Assembly: GCA_964016885.1 (NCBI GenBank)
Contig: OZ024743.1
Span: 56,606,001-56,670,000, forward strand
Direction of reading: 5' to 3'
DNA from: Eledone cirrhosa
Taxonomy: Eukaryota
DNA: 64,000 bases
Part shown: positions 8,150 through 21,700 of the stretch, piece by piece
Numbering within the stretch: position 1 is the first letter of the stretch
Layout of the letters: each line of letters starts with the position of its first letter
Translations under genes and position numbers: made by a program
Notes under the pieces: generated by a model
Seen by the model: only the letters and a program-made list of their open reading frames with translations
Told to the model about the DNA's origin: nothing
The model's database searches: none

Positions 8150-11100
8150 TGTCATTGAGCAAGTCACTTTATTCCATATTGCCCCAGTGTTGTGTCATTG
8201 AGCAAGTCACTTTATTCCATATTGCCCCAGTGTTGTGTCATTGAGCAAGTCACTTTATTCCATATTGCTCCAGTGTTGTGTCATTGAGCAAGTCACTTTA
8301 TTCCATATTGCTCCAGTGTTGTGTCATTGAGCAAGTCACTTTATTCCATATTGCTCCAGTGTTGTGTCATTGAGCAAGTCACTTTATTCCATATTGCTCC
8401 TGTGTTGTGTCATTGAGCAAGTCACTTTATTCCATATTGCTCCTGTGTTGTGTCATTGAGCAAGTCACTTTATTCCATGTTGCTCCAGTGATGTGTCATT
8501 GAGCAAGTCACTTTATTCCATATTGCTCCTGTGTTGTGTCATTGAGCAAGTCACTTTATTCCATATTGCTCCTGTGTTGTGTCATTGAGCAAGTCACTTT
8601 ATTCCATATTGCTCCAGTGTTGTGTCATTGAGCAAGTCACTTTATTCCATATTGCCCCTGTGTTGTGTCATTGAGCAAGTCACTTTATTCCATGTTGCCC
8701 CTGTGTTGTGTCATTGAGCAAGTCACTTTATTCCATATTGCTCCTGTGTTGTGTCATTGAGCAAGTCACTTTATTACATGTTGCCCCAGTGTTGTGTCAT
8801 TGAGCAAGTCACTTTATTCCATATTGCCCCTGTGTTGTGTCATTGAGCAAGTCACTTTATTCCATATTGCCCCTGTGTTGTGTCATTGAGCAAGTCACTT
8901 TATTCCATATTGGCCCTGTGTTGTGTCATTGAGCAAGTCACTTTATTCCATATTGCCCCAGTGTTGTGTCATTGAGCAAGTCACTTTATTCCATATTGCC
9001 CCAGTGTTGTGTCATTGAGCAAGTCACTTTATTCCATGTTGCTCCAGTGTTGTGTCATTGAGCAAGTCACTTTATTCCATGTTGCCCCAGTGTTGTGTCA
9101 TTGAGCAAGTCACTTTATTCCATGTTGCCCCAGTGTTGTGTCATTGAGCAAGTCACTTTATTCCATGTTGCCCCAGTGTTGTGTCATTGAGCAAGTCACT
9201 TTATTCCATATTGCTCCAGTGTTGTGTCATTGAGCAAGTCACTTTATTCCATATTGCTCCAGTGTTGTGTCATTGAGCAAGTCACTTTATTCCATATTGC
9301 CCCAGTGTTGTGTCATTGAGCAAGTCACTTTATTCCATATTGCTCCAGTGTTGTGTCATTGAGCAAGTCACTTTATTCCATATTGCCCCAGTGTTGTGTC
9401 ATTGAGCAAGTCACTTTATTCCATATTGCCCCAGTGTTGTGTCATTGAGCAAGTCACTTTATTCCATGTTGCCCCAGTGTTGTGTCATTGAGCAAGTCAC
9501 TTTATTCCATATTGCTCCAGTGTTGTGTCATTGAGCAAGTCACTTTATTCCATATTGCTCCAGTGTTGTGTCATTGAGCAAGCCACTTTATTCCATATTG
9601 CCCCAGTGTTGTGTCATTGAGCAAGTCACTTTATTCCATATTGCTCCAGTGTTGTGTCATTGAGCAAGTCACTTTATTCCATATTGCCCCAGTGTTGTGT
9701 CATTGAGCAAGTCACTTTATTCCATATTGCCCCAGTGTTGTGTCATTGAGCAAGTCACTTTATTCCATGTTGCTCCAGTGTTGTGTCATTGAGCAAGTCA
9801 CTTTATTCCATGTTGCCCCAGTGTTGTGTCATTGAGCAAGTCACTTTATTCCATGTTGCCCCTGTGTTGTGTCATTGAGCAAGTCACTTTATTCCATATT
9901 GCCCCAGTGTTGTGTCATTGAGCAAGTCACTTTATTCCATATTGCCCCAGTGTTGTGTCATTGAGCAAGTCACTTTATTCCATGTTGCCCCTGTGTTGTG
10001 TCATTGAGCAAGTCACTTTATTCCATGTTGCCCCAGTGTTGTGTCATTGAGCAAGTCACTTTATTCCATGTTGCCCCAGTGTTGTGTCATTGAGCAAGTC
10101 ACTTTATTCCATGTTGCCCCTGTGTTGTGTCATTGAGCAAGTCACTTTATTCCATATTGCCCCAGTGTTGTGTCATTGAGCAAGTCACTTTATTCCATAT
10201 TGCCCCAGTGTTGTGTCATTGAGCTAGTCACTTTATTCCATATTGCCCCAGTGTTGTGTCATTGAGCAAGTCACTTTATTCCATGTTGCCCCTGTGTTGT
10301 GTCATTGAGCAAGTCACTTTATTCCATATTGCTCCTGTGTTGTGTCATTGAGCAAGTCAGTTTATTCCATGTTGCCCCAGTGTTGTGTCATTGAGCAAGT
10401 CACTTTATTCCATGTTGCCCCAGTGTTGTGTCATTGAGCAAGTCACTTTATTCCATGTTGCCCCTGTGTTGTGTCATTGAGCAAGTCACTTTATTCCATA
10501 TTGCCCCAGTGTTGTGTCATTGAGCAAGTCACTTTATTCCATATTGCCCCAGTGTTGTGTCATTGAGCAAGTCACTTTATTCCATATTGCTCCAGTGTTG
10601 TGTCATTGAGCAAGTCACTTTATTCCATATTGCTCCAGTGTTGTGTCATTGAGCAAGTCACTTTATTCCATATTGCTCCTGTGTTGTGTCATTGAGCAAG
10701 TCACTTTATTCCATATTGCTCCTGTGTTGTGTCATTGAGCAAGTCACTTTATTCCATGTTGCTCCAGTGATGTGTCATTGAGCAAGTCACTTTATTCCAT
10801 ATTGCTCCTGTGTTGTGTCATTGAGCAAGTCACTTTATTCCATATTGCTCCTGTGTTGTGTCATTGAGCAAGTCACTTTATTCCATATTGCTCCAGTGTT
10901 GTGTCATTGAGCAAGTCACTTTATTCCATATTGCCCCTGTGCTGTGTCATTGAGCAAGTCACTTTATTCCATGTTGCCCCTGTGTTGTGTCATTGAGCAA
11001 GTCACTTTATTCCATATTGCTCCTGTGTTGTGTCATTGAGCAAGTCACTTTATTACATGTTGCCCCAGTGTTGTGTCATTGAGCAAGTCACTTTATTCCA

Positions 11101-12750
11101 TATTGCCCCTGTGTTGTGTCATTGAGCAAGTCACTTTATTCCATATTGCCCCTGTGTTGTGTCATTGAGCAAGTCACTTTATTCCATGTTGGCCCTGTGT
11201 TGTGTCATTGAGCAAGTCACTTTATTCCATATTGCCCCAGTGTTGTGTCATTGAGCAAGTCACTTTATTCCATATTGCCCCAGTGTTGTGTCATTGAGCA
11301 AGTCACTTTATTCCATGTTGCTCCAGTGTTGTGTCATTGAGCAAGTCACTTTATTCCATGTTGCCCCAGTGTTGTGTCATTGAGCAAGTCACTTTATTCC
11401 ATGTTGCCCCAGTGTTGTGTCATTGAGCAAGTCACTTTATTCCATGTTGCCCCAGTGTTGTGTCATTGAGCAAGTCACTTTATTCCATATTGCTCCAGTG
11501 TTGTGTCATTGAGCAAGTCACTTTATTCCATATTGCTCCAGTGTTGTGTCATTGAGCAAGTCACTTTATTCCATATTGCCCCAGTGTTGTGTCATTGAGC
11601 AAGTCACTTTATTCCATATTGCTCCAGTGTTGTGTCATTGAGCAAGTCACTTTATTCCATATTGCCCCAGTGTTGTGTCATTGACCAAGTCACTTTATTC
11701 CATATTGCCCCAGTGTTGTGTCATTGAGCAAGTCACTTTATTCCATGTTGCCCCAGTGTTGTGTCATTGAGCAAGTCAATTTATTCCATATTGCTCCAGT
11801 GTTGTGTCATTGAGCAAGTCACTTTATTCCATATTGCTCCAGTGTTGTGTCATTGAGCAAGCCACTTTATTCCATATTGCCCCAGTGTTGTGTCATTGAG
11901 CAAGTCACTTTGTTCCATATTGCTCCAGTGTTGTGTCATTGAGCAAGTCACTTTATTCCATATTGCCCCAGTGTTGTGTCATTGAGCAAGTCACTTTATT
12001 CCATATTGCCCCAGTGTTGTGTCATTGAGCAAGTCACTTTATTCCATGTTGCTCCAGTGTTGTGTCATTGAGCAAGTCACTTTATTCCATGTTGCCCCAG
12101 TGTTGTGTCATTGAGCAAGTCACTTTATTCCATGTTGCCCCTGTGTTGTGTCATTGAGCAAGTCACTTTATTCCATATTGCCCCAGTGTTGTGTCATTGA
12201 GCAAGTCACTTTATTCCATATTGCCCCAGTGTTGTGTCATTGAGCAAGTCACTTTATTCCATGTTGCCCCTGTGTTGTGTCATTGAGCAAGTCACTTTAT
12301 TCCATGTTGCCCCAGTGTTGTGTCATTGAGCAAGTCACTTTATTCCATGTTGCCCCAGTGTTGTGTCATTGAGCAAGTCACTTTATTCCATGTTGCCCCT
12401 GTGTTGTGTCATTGAGCAAGTCACTTTATTCCATATTGCCCCAGTGTTGTGTCATTGAGCAAGTCACTTTATTCCATATTGCCCCAGTGTTGTGTCATTG
12501 AGCTAGTCACTTTATTCCATATTGCCCCAGTGTTGTGTCATTGAGCAAGTCACTTTATTCCATGTTGCCCCTGTGTTGTGTCATTGAGCAAGTCACTTTA
12601 TTCCATATTGCTCCTCTGTTGTGTCATTGAGCAAGTCACTTTATTCCATGTTGCCCCAGTGTTGTGTCATTGAGCAAGTCACTTTATTCCATGTTGCCCC
12701 AGTGTTGTGTCATTGAGCAAGTCACTTTATTCCATGTTGCCCCTGTGTTG
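8150..12750 (+). repeat. Higher-order tandem duplication, 2,279 bp (53 monomers) x2; boundaries approximate
   Basis: Rare variants recur at an exact 2,279 offset: GTGATG 8491/10770, TTACAT 8776/11055, AGCCAC 9583/11862, GAGCTAG 10225/12504. Confidence 0.9.
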
Positions 12751-15700
12751 TGTCATTGAGCAAGTCACTTCATTCCATATTGCCCCAGTGTTGTGTCATT
12801 GAGCAAGTCACTTTATTCCATATTGCCCCAGTGTTGTGTCATTGAGCAAGTCACTTTATTCCATGTTGCCCCAGTGTTGTGTCATTGAGCAAGTCACTTT
12901 ATTCCATGTTGCCCCTGTGTTGTGTCATTGAGCAAATCACTTTATTCCATGTTGCCCCAGTGTTGTGTCATTGAGCAAGTCACTTTATTCCATGTTGCCC
13001 CTGTGTTGTGTCATTGAGCAAGTCACTTTATTCCATGTTGCCCCTGTGTTGTGTCATTGAGCAAGTCACTTTATTCCATGTTGCCCCAGTGTTGTGTCAT
13101 TGAGCAAGTCACTTTATTCCATGTTGCCCCTGTGTTGTGTCATTGAGCAAGTCACTTTATTCCATGTTGCCCCTGTGTTGTGTCATTGAGCAAGTCACTT
13201 TATTCCATGTTGCCCCAGTGTTGTGTCATTGAGCAAGTCACTTTATTCCATATTGCCCCAGTGTTGTGTCATTGAGCAAGTCACTTTATTCCATGTTGCC
13301 CCAGTGTTGTGTCATTGAGCAAGTCACTTTATCCATGTTGCCCCTGTGTTGTGTCATTGAGCAAGTCACTTTATTCCATGTTGCCCCTGTGTTGTGTCAT
13401 TGAGCAAGTCACTTTATTCCATGTTGCCCCAGTGTTGTGTCATTGAGCAAGTCACTTTATTCCATGTTGCCCCAGTGTTGTGTCATTGAGCAAGTCACTT
13501 TATTCCATGTTGCCCCTGTGTTGTGTCATTGAGCAAGTCACTTTATTCCATGTTGCCCCTGTGTTGTGTCATTGAGCAAGTCACTTTATTCCATGTTGCC
13601 CCTGTGTTGTGTCATTGAGCAAGTCACTTTATTCCATGTTGCCCCAGTGTTGTGTCATTGAGCAAGTCACTTTATTCCATGTTGCCCCAGTGTTGTGTCA
13701 TTGAGCAAGTCACTTTATTCCATGTTGCCCCTGTGTTGTGTCATTGAGCAAGTCACTTTATTCCATGTTGCCCCTGTGTTGTGTCATTGAGCAAGTCACT
13801 TTATTCCATGTTGCCCCAGTGTTGTGTCATTGAGCAAGTCACTTTATTCCATATTGCCCCAGTGTTGTGTCATTGAGCAAGTCACTTTATTCCATGTTGC
13901 CCCAGTGTTGTGTCATTGAGCAAGTCACTTTATTCCATGTTGCCCCTGTGTTGTGTCATTGAGCAAGTCACTTTATTCCATGTTGCCCCTGTGTTGTGTC
14001 ATTGAGCAAGTCACTTTATTCCATGTTGCCCCAGTGTTGTGTCATTGAGCAAGTCACTTTATTCCATATTGCTCCAGTGTTGTGTCATTGAGCAAGTCAC
14101 TTTATTCCATATTGCCCCAGTGTTGTGTCATTGAGCAAGTCACTTTATTCCATGTTGCCCCTGTGTTGTGTCATTGAGCAAGTCACTTTATTCCATGTTG
14201 CCCCAGTGTTGTGTCATTGAGCAAGTCACTTTATTCCATATTGCCCCAGTGTTGTGTCATTGAGCAAGTCACTTTATTCCATGTTGCCCCTGTGTTGTGT
14301 CATTGAGCAAGTCACTTTATTCCATGTTGCCCCAGTGTTGTGTCATTGAGCAAGTCACTTTATTCCATATTGCCCTGTGTTGTGTCATTGAGCAAGTCAC
14401 TTTATTCCATATTGTCCCTGTGTTGTGTCATTGAGCAAGTCACTTTATTCCATATTGCCCCAGTATTGTGTCATTGAGCAAGTCACTTTATTCCATATTG
14501 CTCCTGTGTTGTGTCATTGAGCAAGTCACTTTATTCCATATTGCCCCAGTGTTGTGTCATTGAGCAAGTCACTTTATTCCATGTTGCCCCTGTGTTGTGT
14601 CATTGAGCAAGTCACTTTATTCCATGTTGCCCCAGTGTTGTGTCATTGAGCAAGTCACTTTATTCCATATTGCCCTGTGTTGTGTCATTGAGCAAGTCAC
14701 TTTATTCCATATAGCCCCTGTGTTGTGTCATTGAGCAAGTCACTTTATTCCATGTTGCCCCTGTGTTATGTCATTGAGCAAGTCACTTTATTCCATGTTG
14801 CCCCTGTGTTGTGTCATTGAGCAAGTCACTTTATTCCATATTGCTCCAGTGTTGTGTCATTGAGCAAGTCACTTTATTCCATGTTGCCCTTGTGTTGTGT
14901 CATTGAGCAAGTCACTTTATTCCATATTGCTCCTGTGTTGTGTCATTGAGCAAGTCACTTTATTCCATATTGCTCCTGTGTTGTGTCATTGAGCAAGTCA
15001 CTTTATTCCATATTGCCCCAGTGTTGTGTCATTGAGCAAGTCACTTTATTCCATATTGCCCCAGTGTTGTGTCATTGAGCAAGTCACTTTATTCCATGTT
15101 GCCCCTGTGTTGTGTCATTGAGCAAGTCACTTTATTCCATATTGCTCCTGTGTTGTGTCATTGAGCAAGTCACTTTATTCCATGTTGCCCCAGTGTTGTG
15201 TCATTGAGCAAGTCACTTTATTCCATGTTGCCCCAGTGTTGTGTCATTGAGCAAGTCACTTTATTCCATGTTGCCCCTGTGTTGTGTCATTGAGCAAGTC
15301 ACTTTATTCCATATTGCCCCAGTGTTGTGTCATTGAGCAAGTCACTTTATTCCATATTGCCCCAGTGTTGTGTCATTGAGCAAGTCACTTTATTCCATGT
15401 TGCCCCAGTGTTGTGTCATTGAGCAAGTCACTTTATTCCATGTTGCCCCTGTGTTGTGTCATTGAGCAAGTCACTTTATTCCATGTTGCCCCAGTGTTGT
15501 GTCATTGAGCAAGTCACTTTATTCCATGTTGCCCCTGTGTTGTGTCATTGAGCAAGTCACTTTATTCCATGTTGCCCCTGTGTTGTGTCATTGAGCAAGT
15601 CACTTTATTCCATGTTGCCCCAGTGTTGTGTCATTGAGCAAGTCACTTTATTCCATGTTGCCCCTGTGTTGTGTCATTGAGCAAGTCACTTTATTCCATG

Positions 15701-18700
15701 TTGCCCCTGTGTTGTGTCATTGAGCAAGTCACTTTATTCCATGTTGCCCCAGTGTTGTGTCATTGAGCAAGTCACTTTATTCCATATTGCCCCAGTGTTG
15801 TGTCATTGAGCAAGTCACTTTATTCCATGTTGCCCCAGTGTTGTGTCATTGAGCAAGTCACTTTATTCCATGTTGCCCCTGTGTTGTGTCATTGAGCAAG
15901 TCACTTTATTCCATGTTGCCCCTGTGTTGTGTCATTGAGCAAGTCACTTTATTCCATGTTGCCCCAGTGTTGTGTCATTGAGCAAGTCACTTTATTCCAT
16001 GTTGCCCCAGTGTTGTGTCATTGAGCAAGTCACTTTATTCCATGTTGCCCCTGTGTTGTGTCATTGAGCAAGTCACTTTATTCCATGTTGCCCCTGTGTT
16101 GTGTCATTGAGCAAGTCACTTTATTCCATGTTGCCCCAGTGTTGTGTCATTGAGCAAGTCACTTTATTCCATATTGCCCCAGTGTTGTGTCATTGAGCAA
16201 GTCACTTTATTCCATGTTGCTCCTGTGTTGTGTCATTGAGCAAGTCACTTTATTCCATGTTGCCCCAGTATTGTGTCATTGAGCAAGTCACTTTATTCCA
16301 TGTTGCCCCAGTGTTGTGTCATTGAGCAAGTCACTTTATTCCATGTTGCTCCAGTGTTGTGTCATTGAGCAAGTCACTTTATTCCATGTTGCCCCTGTGT
16401 TGTGTCATTGAGCAAGTCACTTTATTCCATGTTGCCCCTGTGTTGTGTCATTGAGCAAGTCACTTTATTCCATGTTGCCCCAGTGTTGTGTCATTGAGCA
16501 AGTCACTTTATTCCATGTTGCCCCTGTGTTGTGTCATTGAGCAAGTCACTTTATTCCATGTTGCCCCAGTGTTGTGTCATTGAGCAAGTCACTTTATTCC
16601 ATGTTGCCCCTGTGTTGTGTCATTGAGCAAGTCATTTTATTCCATATTTCCCCAGTGTTGTGTCATTGAGCAAGTCACTTTATTCCATATTGCCCCAGTG
16701 TTGTGTCATTGAGCAAGTCATTTTATTCCATATTGCCCCTGTGTTGTGTCATTGAGCAAGTCATTTTATTCCATATTTCCCCAGTGTTGTGTCATTGAGC
16801 AAGTCATTTTATTCCATATTTCCCCAGTGTTGTGTCATTGAGCAAGTCACTTTATTCCATATTGCCCCTGTGTTGTGTCATTGAGCAAGTCACTTTATTC
16901 CATATTTCCCCAGTGTTGTGTCATTGAGCAAGTCACTTTATTCCATATTGCTCCAGTGTTGTGTCATTGAGCAAGTCATTTTATTCCATATTGCCCCAGT
17001 GTTGTGTCATTGAGCAAGTCACTTTATTCTATGTTGCCCCTGTGTTGTGTCATTGAGCAAGTCACTTTATTCCATATTGCCCCTGTGTTGTGTCATTGAG
17101 CAAGTCACTTTATTCCATATTGCCCCAGTGTTGTGTCATTGAGCAAGTCACTTTATTCCATATTGCTCCTGTGTTGTGTCATTGAGCAAGTCACTTTATT
17201 CCAGATTGCCCCAGTGTTGTGTCATTGAGCAAGTCACTTTATTCCATGTTGCCCCTGTGTTGTGTCATTGAGCAAGTCACTTTATTCCATATTGCCCCTG
17301 TGTTGTGTCATTGAGCAAGTCACTTTATTCCATATTGCCCCAGTGTTGTGTCATTGAGCAAGTCACTTTATTCCATATTGCTCCTGTGTTGTGTCATTGA
17401 GCAAGTCACTTTATTCCATATTGCCCCAGTGTTGTGTCATTGAGCAAGTCACTTTATTCCATGTTGCCCCTGTGTTGTGTCATTGAGCAAGTCACTTTAT
17501 TCCATGTTGCCCCAGTGTTGTGTCATTGAGCAAGTCACTTTATTCCATATTGCCCTGTGTTGTGTCATTGAGCAAGTCACTTTATTCCATATAGCCCCTG
17601 TGTTGTGTCATTGAGCAAGTCACTTTATTCCATGTTGCCCCTGTGTTGTGTCATTGAGCAAGTCACTTTATTCCATGTTGCCCCTGTGTTGTGTCATTGA
17701 GCAAGTCACTTTATTCCATATTGCTCCAGTGTTGTGTCATTGAGCAAGTCACTTTATTCCATGTTGCCCCTGTGTTGTGTCATTGAGCAAGTCACTTTAT
17801 TCCATATTGCTCCTGTGTTGTGTCATTGAGCAATCACTTTATTCCATATTGCTCCTGTGTTGTGTCATTGAGCAAGTCACTTTATTCCATATTGCCCCAG
17901 TGTTGTGTCATTGAGCAAGTCACTTTATTCCATGTTGCCCCTGTGTTGTGTCATTGAGCAAGTCACTTTATTCCATATTGCCCCTGTGTTGTGTCATTGA
18001 GCAAGTCACTTTATTCCATGTTGGCCCTGTGTTGTGTCATTGAGCAAGTCACTTTATTCCATGTTGCCCCTGTGTTGTGTCATTGAGCAAGTCACTTTAT
18101 TCCATGTTGCCCCAGTGTTGTGTCATTGAGCAAGTCACTTTATTCCATGTTGCCCCTGTGTTGTGTCATTGAGCAAGTCACTTTATTCCATGTTGCCCCT
18201 GTGTTGTGTCATTGAGCAAGTCACTTTATTCCATGTTGCCCCAGTGTTGTGTCATTGAGCAAGTCACTTTATTCCATATTGCCCCAGTGTTGTGTCATTG
18301 AGCAAGTCACTTTATTCCATGTTGCCCCAGTGTTGTGTCATTGAGCAAGTCACTTTATTCCATGTTGCCCCTGTGTTGTGTCATTGAGCAAGTCACTTTA
18401 TTCCATGTTGCCCCTGTGTTGTGTCATTGAGCAAGTCACTTTATTCCATGTTGCCCCAGTGTTGTGTCATTGAGCAAGTCACTTTATTCCATGTTGCCCC
18501 AGTGTTGTGTCATTGAGCAAGTCACTTTATTCCATGTTGCCCCTGTGTTGTGTCATTGAGCAAGTCACTTTATTCCATGTTGCCCCTGTGTTGTGTCATT
18601 GAGCAAGTCACTTTATTCCATGTTGCCCCAGTGTTGTGTCATTGAGCAAGTCACTTTATTCCATATTGCCCCAGTGTTGTGGCATTGAGCAAGTCACTTT

Positions 18701-21700
18701 ATTCCATGTTGCTCCTGTGTTGTGTCATTGAGCAAGTCACTTTATTCCATGTTGCCCCAGTATTGTGTCATTGAGCAAGTCACTTTATTCCATGTTGCCC
18801 CAGTGTTGTGTCATTGAGCAAGTCACTTTATTCCATGTTGCTCCAGTGTTGTGTCATTGAGCAAGTCACTTTATTCCATGTTGCCCCTGTGTTGTGTCAT
18901 TGAGCAAGTCACTTTATTCCATGTTGCCCCTGTGTTGTGTCATTGAGCAAGTCACTTTATTCCATGTTGCCCCAGTGTTGTGTCATTGAGCAAGTCACTT
19001 TATTCCATGTTGCCCCTGTGTTGTGTCATTGAGCAAGTCACTTTATTCCATGTTGCCCCAGTGTTGTGTCATTGAGCAAGTCACTTTATTCCATGTTGCC
19101 CCTGTGTTGTGTCATTGAGCAAGTCATTTTATTCCATATTTCCCCAGTGTTGTGTCATTGAGCAAGTCACTTTATTCCATATTGCCCCAGTGTTGTGTCA
19201 TTGAGCAAGTCATTTTATTCCATATTGCCCCTGTGTTGTGTCATTGAGCAAGTCATTTTATTCCATATTTCCCCAGTGTTGTGTCATTGAGCAAGTCATT
19301 TTATTCCATATTTCCCCAGTGTTGTGTCATTGAGCAAGTCACTTTATTCCATATTGCCCCTGTGTTGTGTCATTGAGCAAGTCACTTTATTCCATATTTC
19401 CCCAGTGTTGTGTCATTGAGCAAGTCACTTTATTCCATATTGCTCCAGTGTTGTGTCATTGAGCAAGTCATTTTATTCCATATTGCCCCAGTGTTGTGTC
19501 ATTGAGCAAGTCACTTTATTCTATGTTGCCCCTGTGTTGTGTCATTGAGCAAGTCACTTTATTCCATATTGCCCCTGTGTTGTGTCATTGAGCAAGTCAC
19601 TTTATTCCATATTGCCCCAGTGTTGTGTCATTGAGCAAGTCACTTTATTCCATATTGCTCCTGTGTTGTGTCATTGAGCAAGTCACTTTATTCCAGATTG
19701 CCCCAGTGTTGTGTCATTGAGCAAGTCACTTTATTCCATGTTGCCCCTGTGTTGTGTCATTGAGCAAGTCACTTTATTCCATATTGCCCCTGTGTTGTGT
19801 CATTGAGCAAGTCACTTTATTCCATATTGCCCCAGTGTTGTGTCATTGAGCAAGTCACTTTATTCCATATTGCTCCTGTGTTGTGTCATTGAGCAAGTCA
19901 CTTTATTCCATATTGCCCCAGTGTTGTGTCATTGAGCAAGTCACTTTATTCCATGTTGCCCCTGTGTTGTGTCATTGAGCAAGTCACTTTATTCCATGTT
20001 GCCCCAGTGTTGTGTCATTGAGCAAGTCACTTTATTCCATATTGCCCTGTGTTGTGTCATTGAGCAAGTCACTTTATTCCATATAGCCCCTGTGTTGTGT
20101 CATTGAGCAAGTCACTTTATTCCATGTTGCCCCTGTGTTGTGTCATTGAGCAAGTCACTTTATTCCATGTTGCCCCTGTGTTGTGTCATTGAGCAAGTCA
20201 CTTTATTCCATATTGCTCCAGTGTTGTGTCATTGAGCAAGTCACTTTATTCCATGTTGCCCCTGTGTTGTGTCATTGAGCAAGTCACTTTATTCCATATT
20301 GCTCCTGTGTTGTGTCATTGAGCAATCACTTTATTCCATATTGCTCCTGTGTTGTGTCATTGAGCAAGTCACTTTATTCCATATTGCCCCAGTGTTGTGT
20401 CATTGAGCAAGTCACTTTATTCCATGTTGCCCCTGTGTTGTGTCATTGAGCAAGTCACTTTATTCCATATTGCCCCTGTGTTGTGTCATTGAGCAAGTCA
20501 CTTTATTCCATGTTGGCCCTGTGTTGTGTCATTGAGCAAGTCACTTTATTCCATATTGCCCCAGTGTTGTGTCATTGAGCAAGTCACTTTATTCCATATT
20601 GCCCCAGTGTTGTGTCATTGAGCAAGTCACTTTATTCCATGTTGCTCCAGTGTTGTGTCATTGAGCAAGTCACTTTATTCCATGTTGCCCCAGTGTTGTG
20701 TCATTGAGCAAGTCACTTTATTCCATGTTGCCCCAGTGTTGTGTCATTGAGCAAGTCACTTTATTCCATGTTGCCCCAGTGTTGTGTCATTGAGCAAGTC
20801 ACTTTATTCCATATTGCTCCAGTGTTGTGTCATTGAGCAAGTCACTTTATTCCATATTGCTCCAGTGTTGTGTCATTGAGCAAGTCACTTTATTCCATAT
20901 TGCCCCAGTGTTGTGTCATTGAGCAAGTCACTTTATTCCATATTGCTCCAGTGTTGTGTCATTGAGCAAGTCACTTTATTCCATATTGCCCCAGTGTTGT
21001 GTCATTGACCAAGTCACTTTATTCCATATTGCCCCAGTGTTGTGTCATTGAGCAAGTCACTTTATTCCAGGTTGCCCCAGTGTTGTGTCATTGAGCAAGT
21101 CAATTTATTCCATATTGCTCCAGTGTTGTGTCATTGAGCAAGTCACTTTATTCCATATTGCTCCAGTGTTTTGTCATTGAGCAAGCCACTTTATTCCATA
21201 TTGCCCCAGTGTTGTGTCATTGAGCAAGTCACTTTGTTCCATATTGCTCCAGTGTTGTGTCATTGAGCAAGTCACTTTATTCCATATTGCCCCAGTGTTG
21301 TGTCATTGAGCAAGTCACTTTATTCCATATTGCCCCAGTGTTGTGTCATTGAGCAAGTCACTTTATTCCATGTTGCTCCAGTGTTGTGTCATTGAGCAAG
21401 TCACTTTATTCCATGTTGCCCCAGTGTTGTGTCATTGAGCAAGTCACTTTATTCCATGTTGCCCCTGTGTTGTGTCATTGAGCAAGTCACTTTATTCCAT
21501 ATTGCCCCAGTGTTGTGTCATTGAGCAAGTCACTTTATTCCATATTGCCCCAGTGTTGTGTCATTGAGCAAGTCACTTTATTCCATGTTGCCCCTGTGTT
21601 GTGTCATTGAGCAAGTCACTTTATTCCATGTTGCCCCAGTGTTGTGTCATTGAGCAAGTCACTTTATTCCATGTTGCCCCAGTGTTGTGTCATTGAGCAA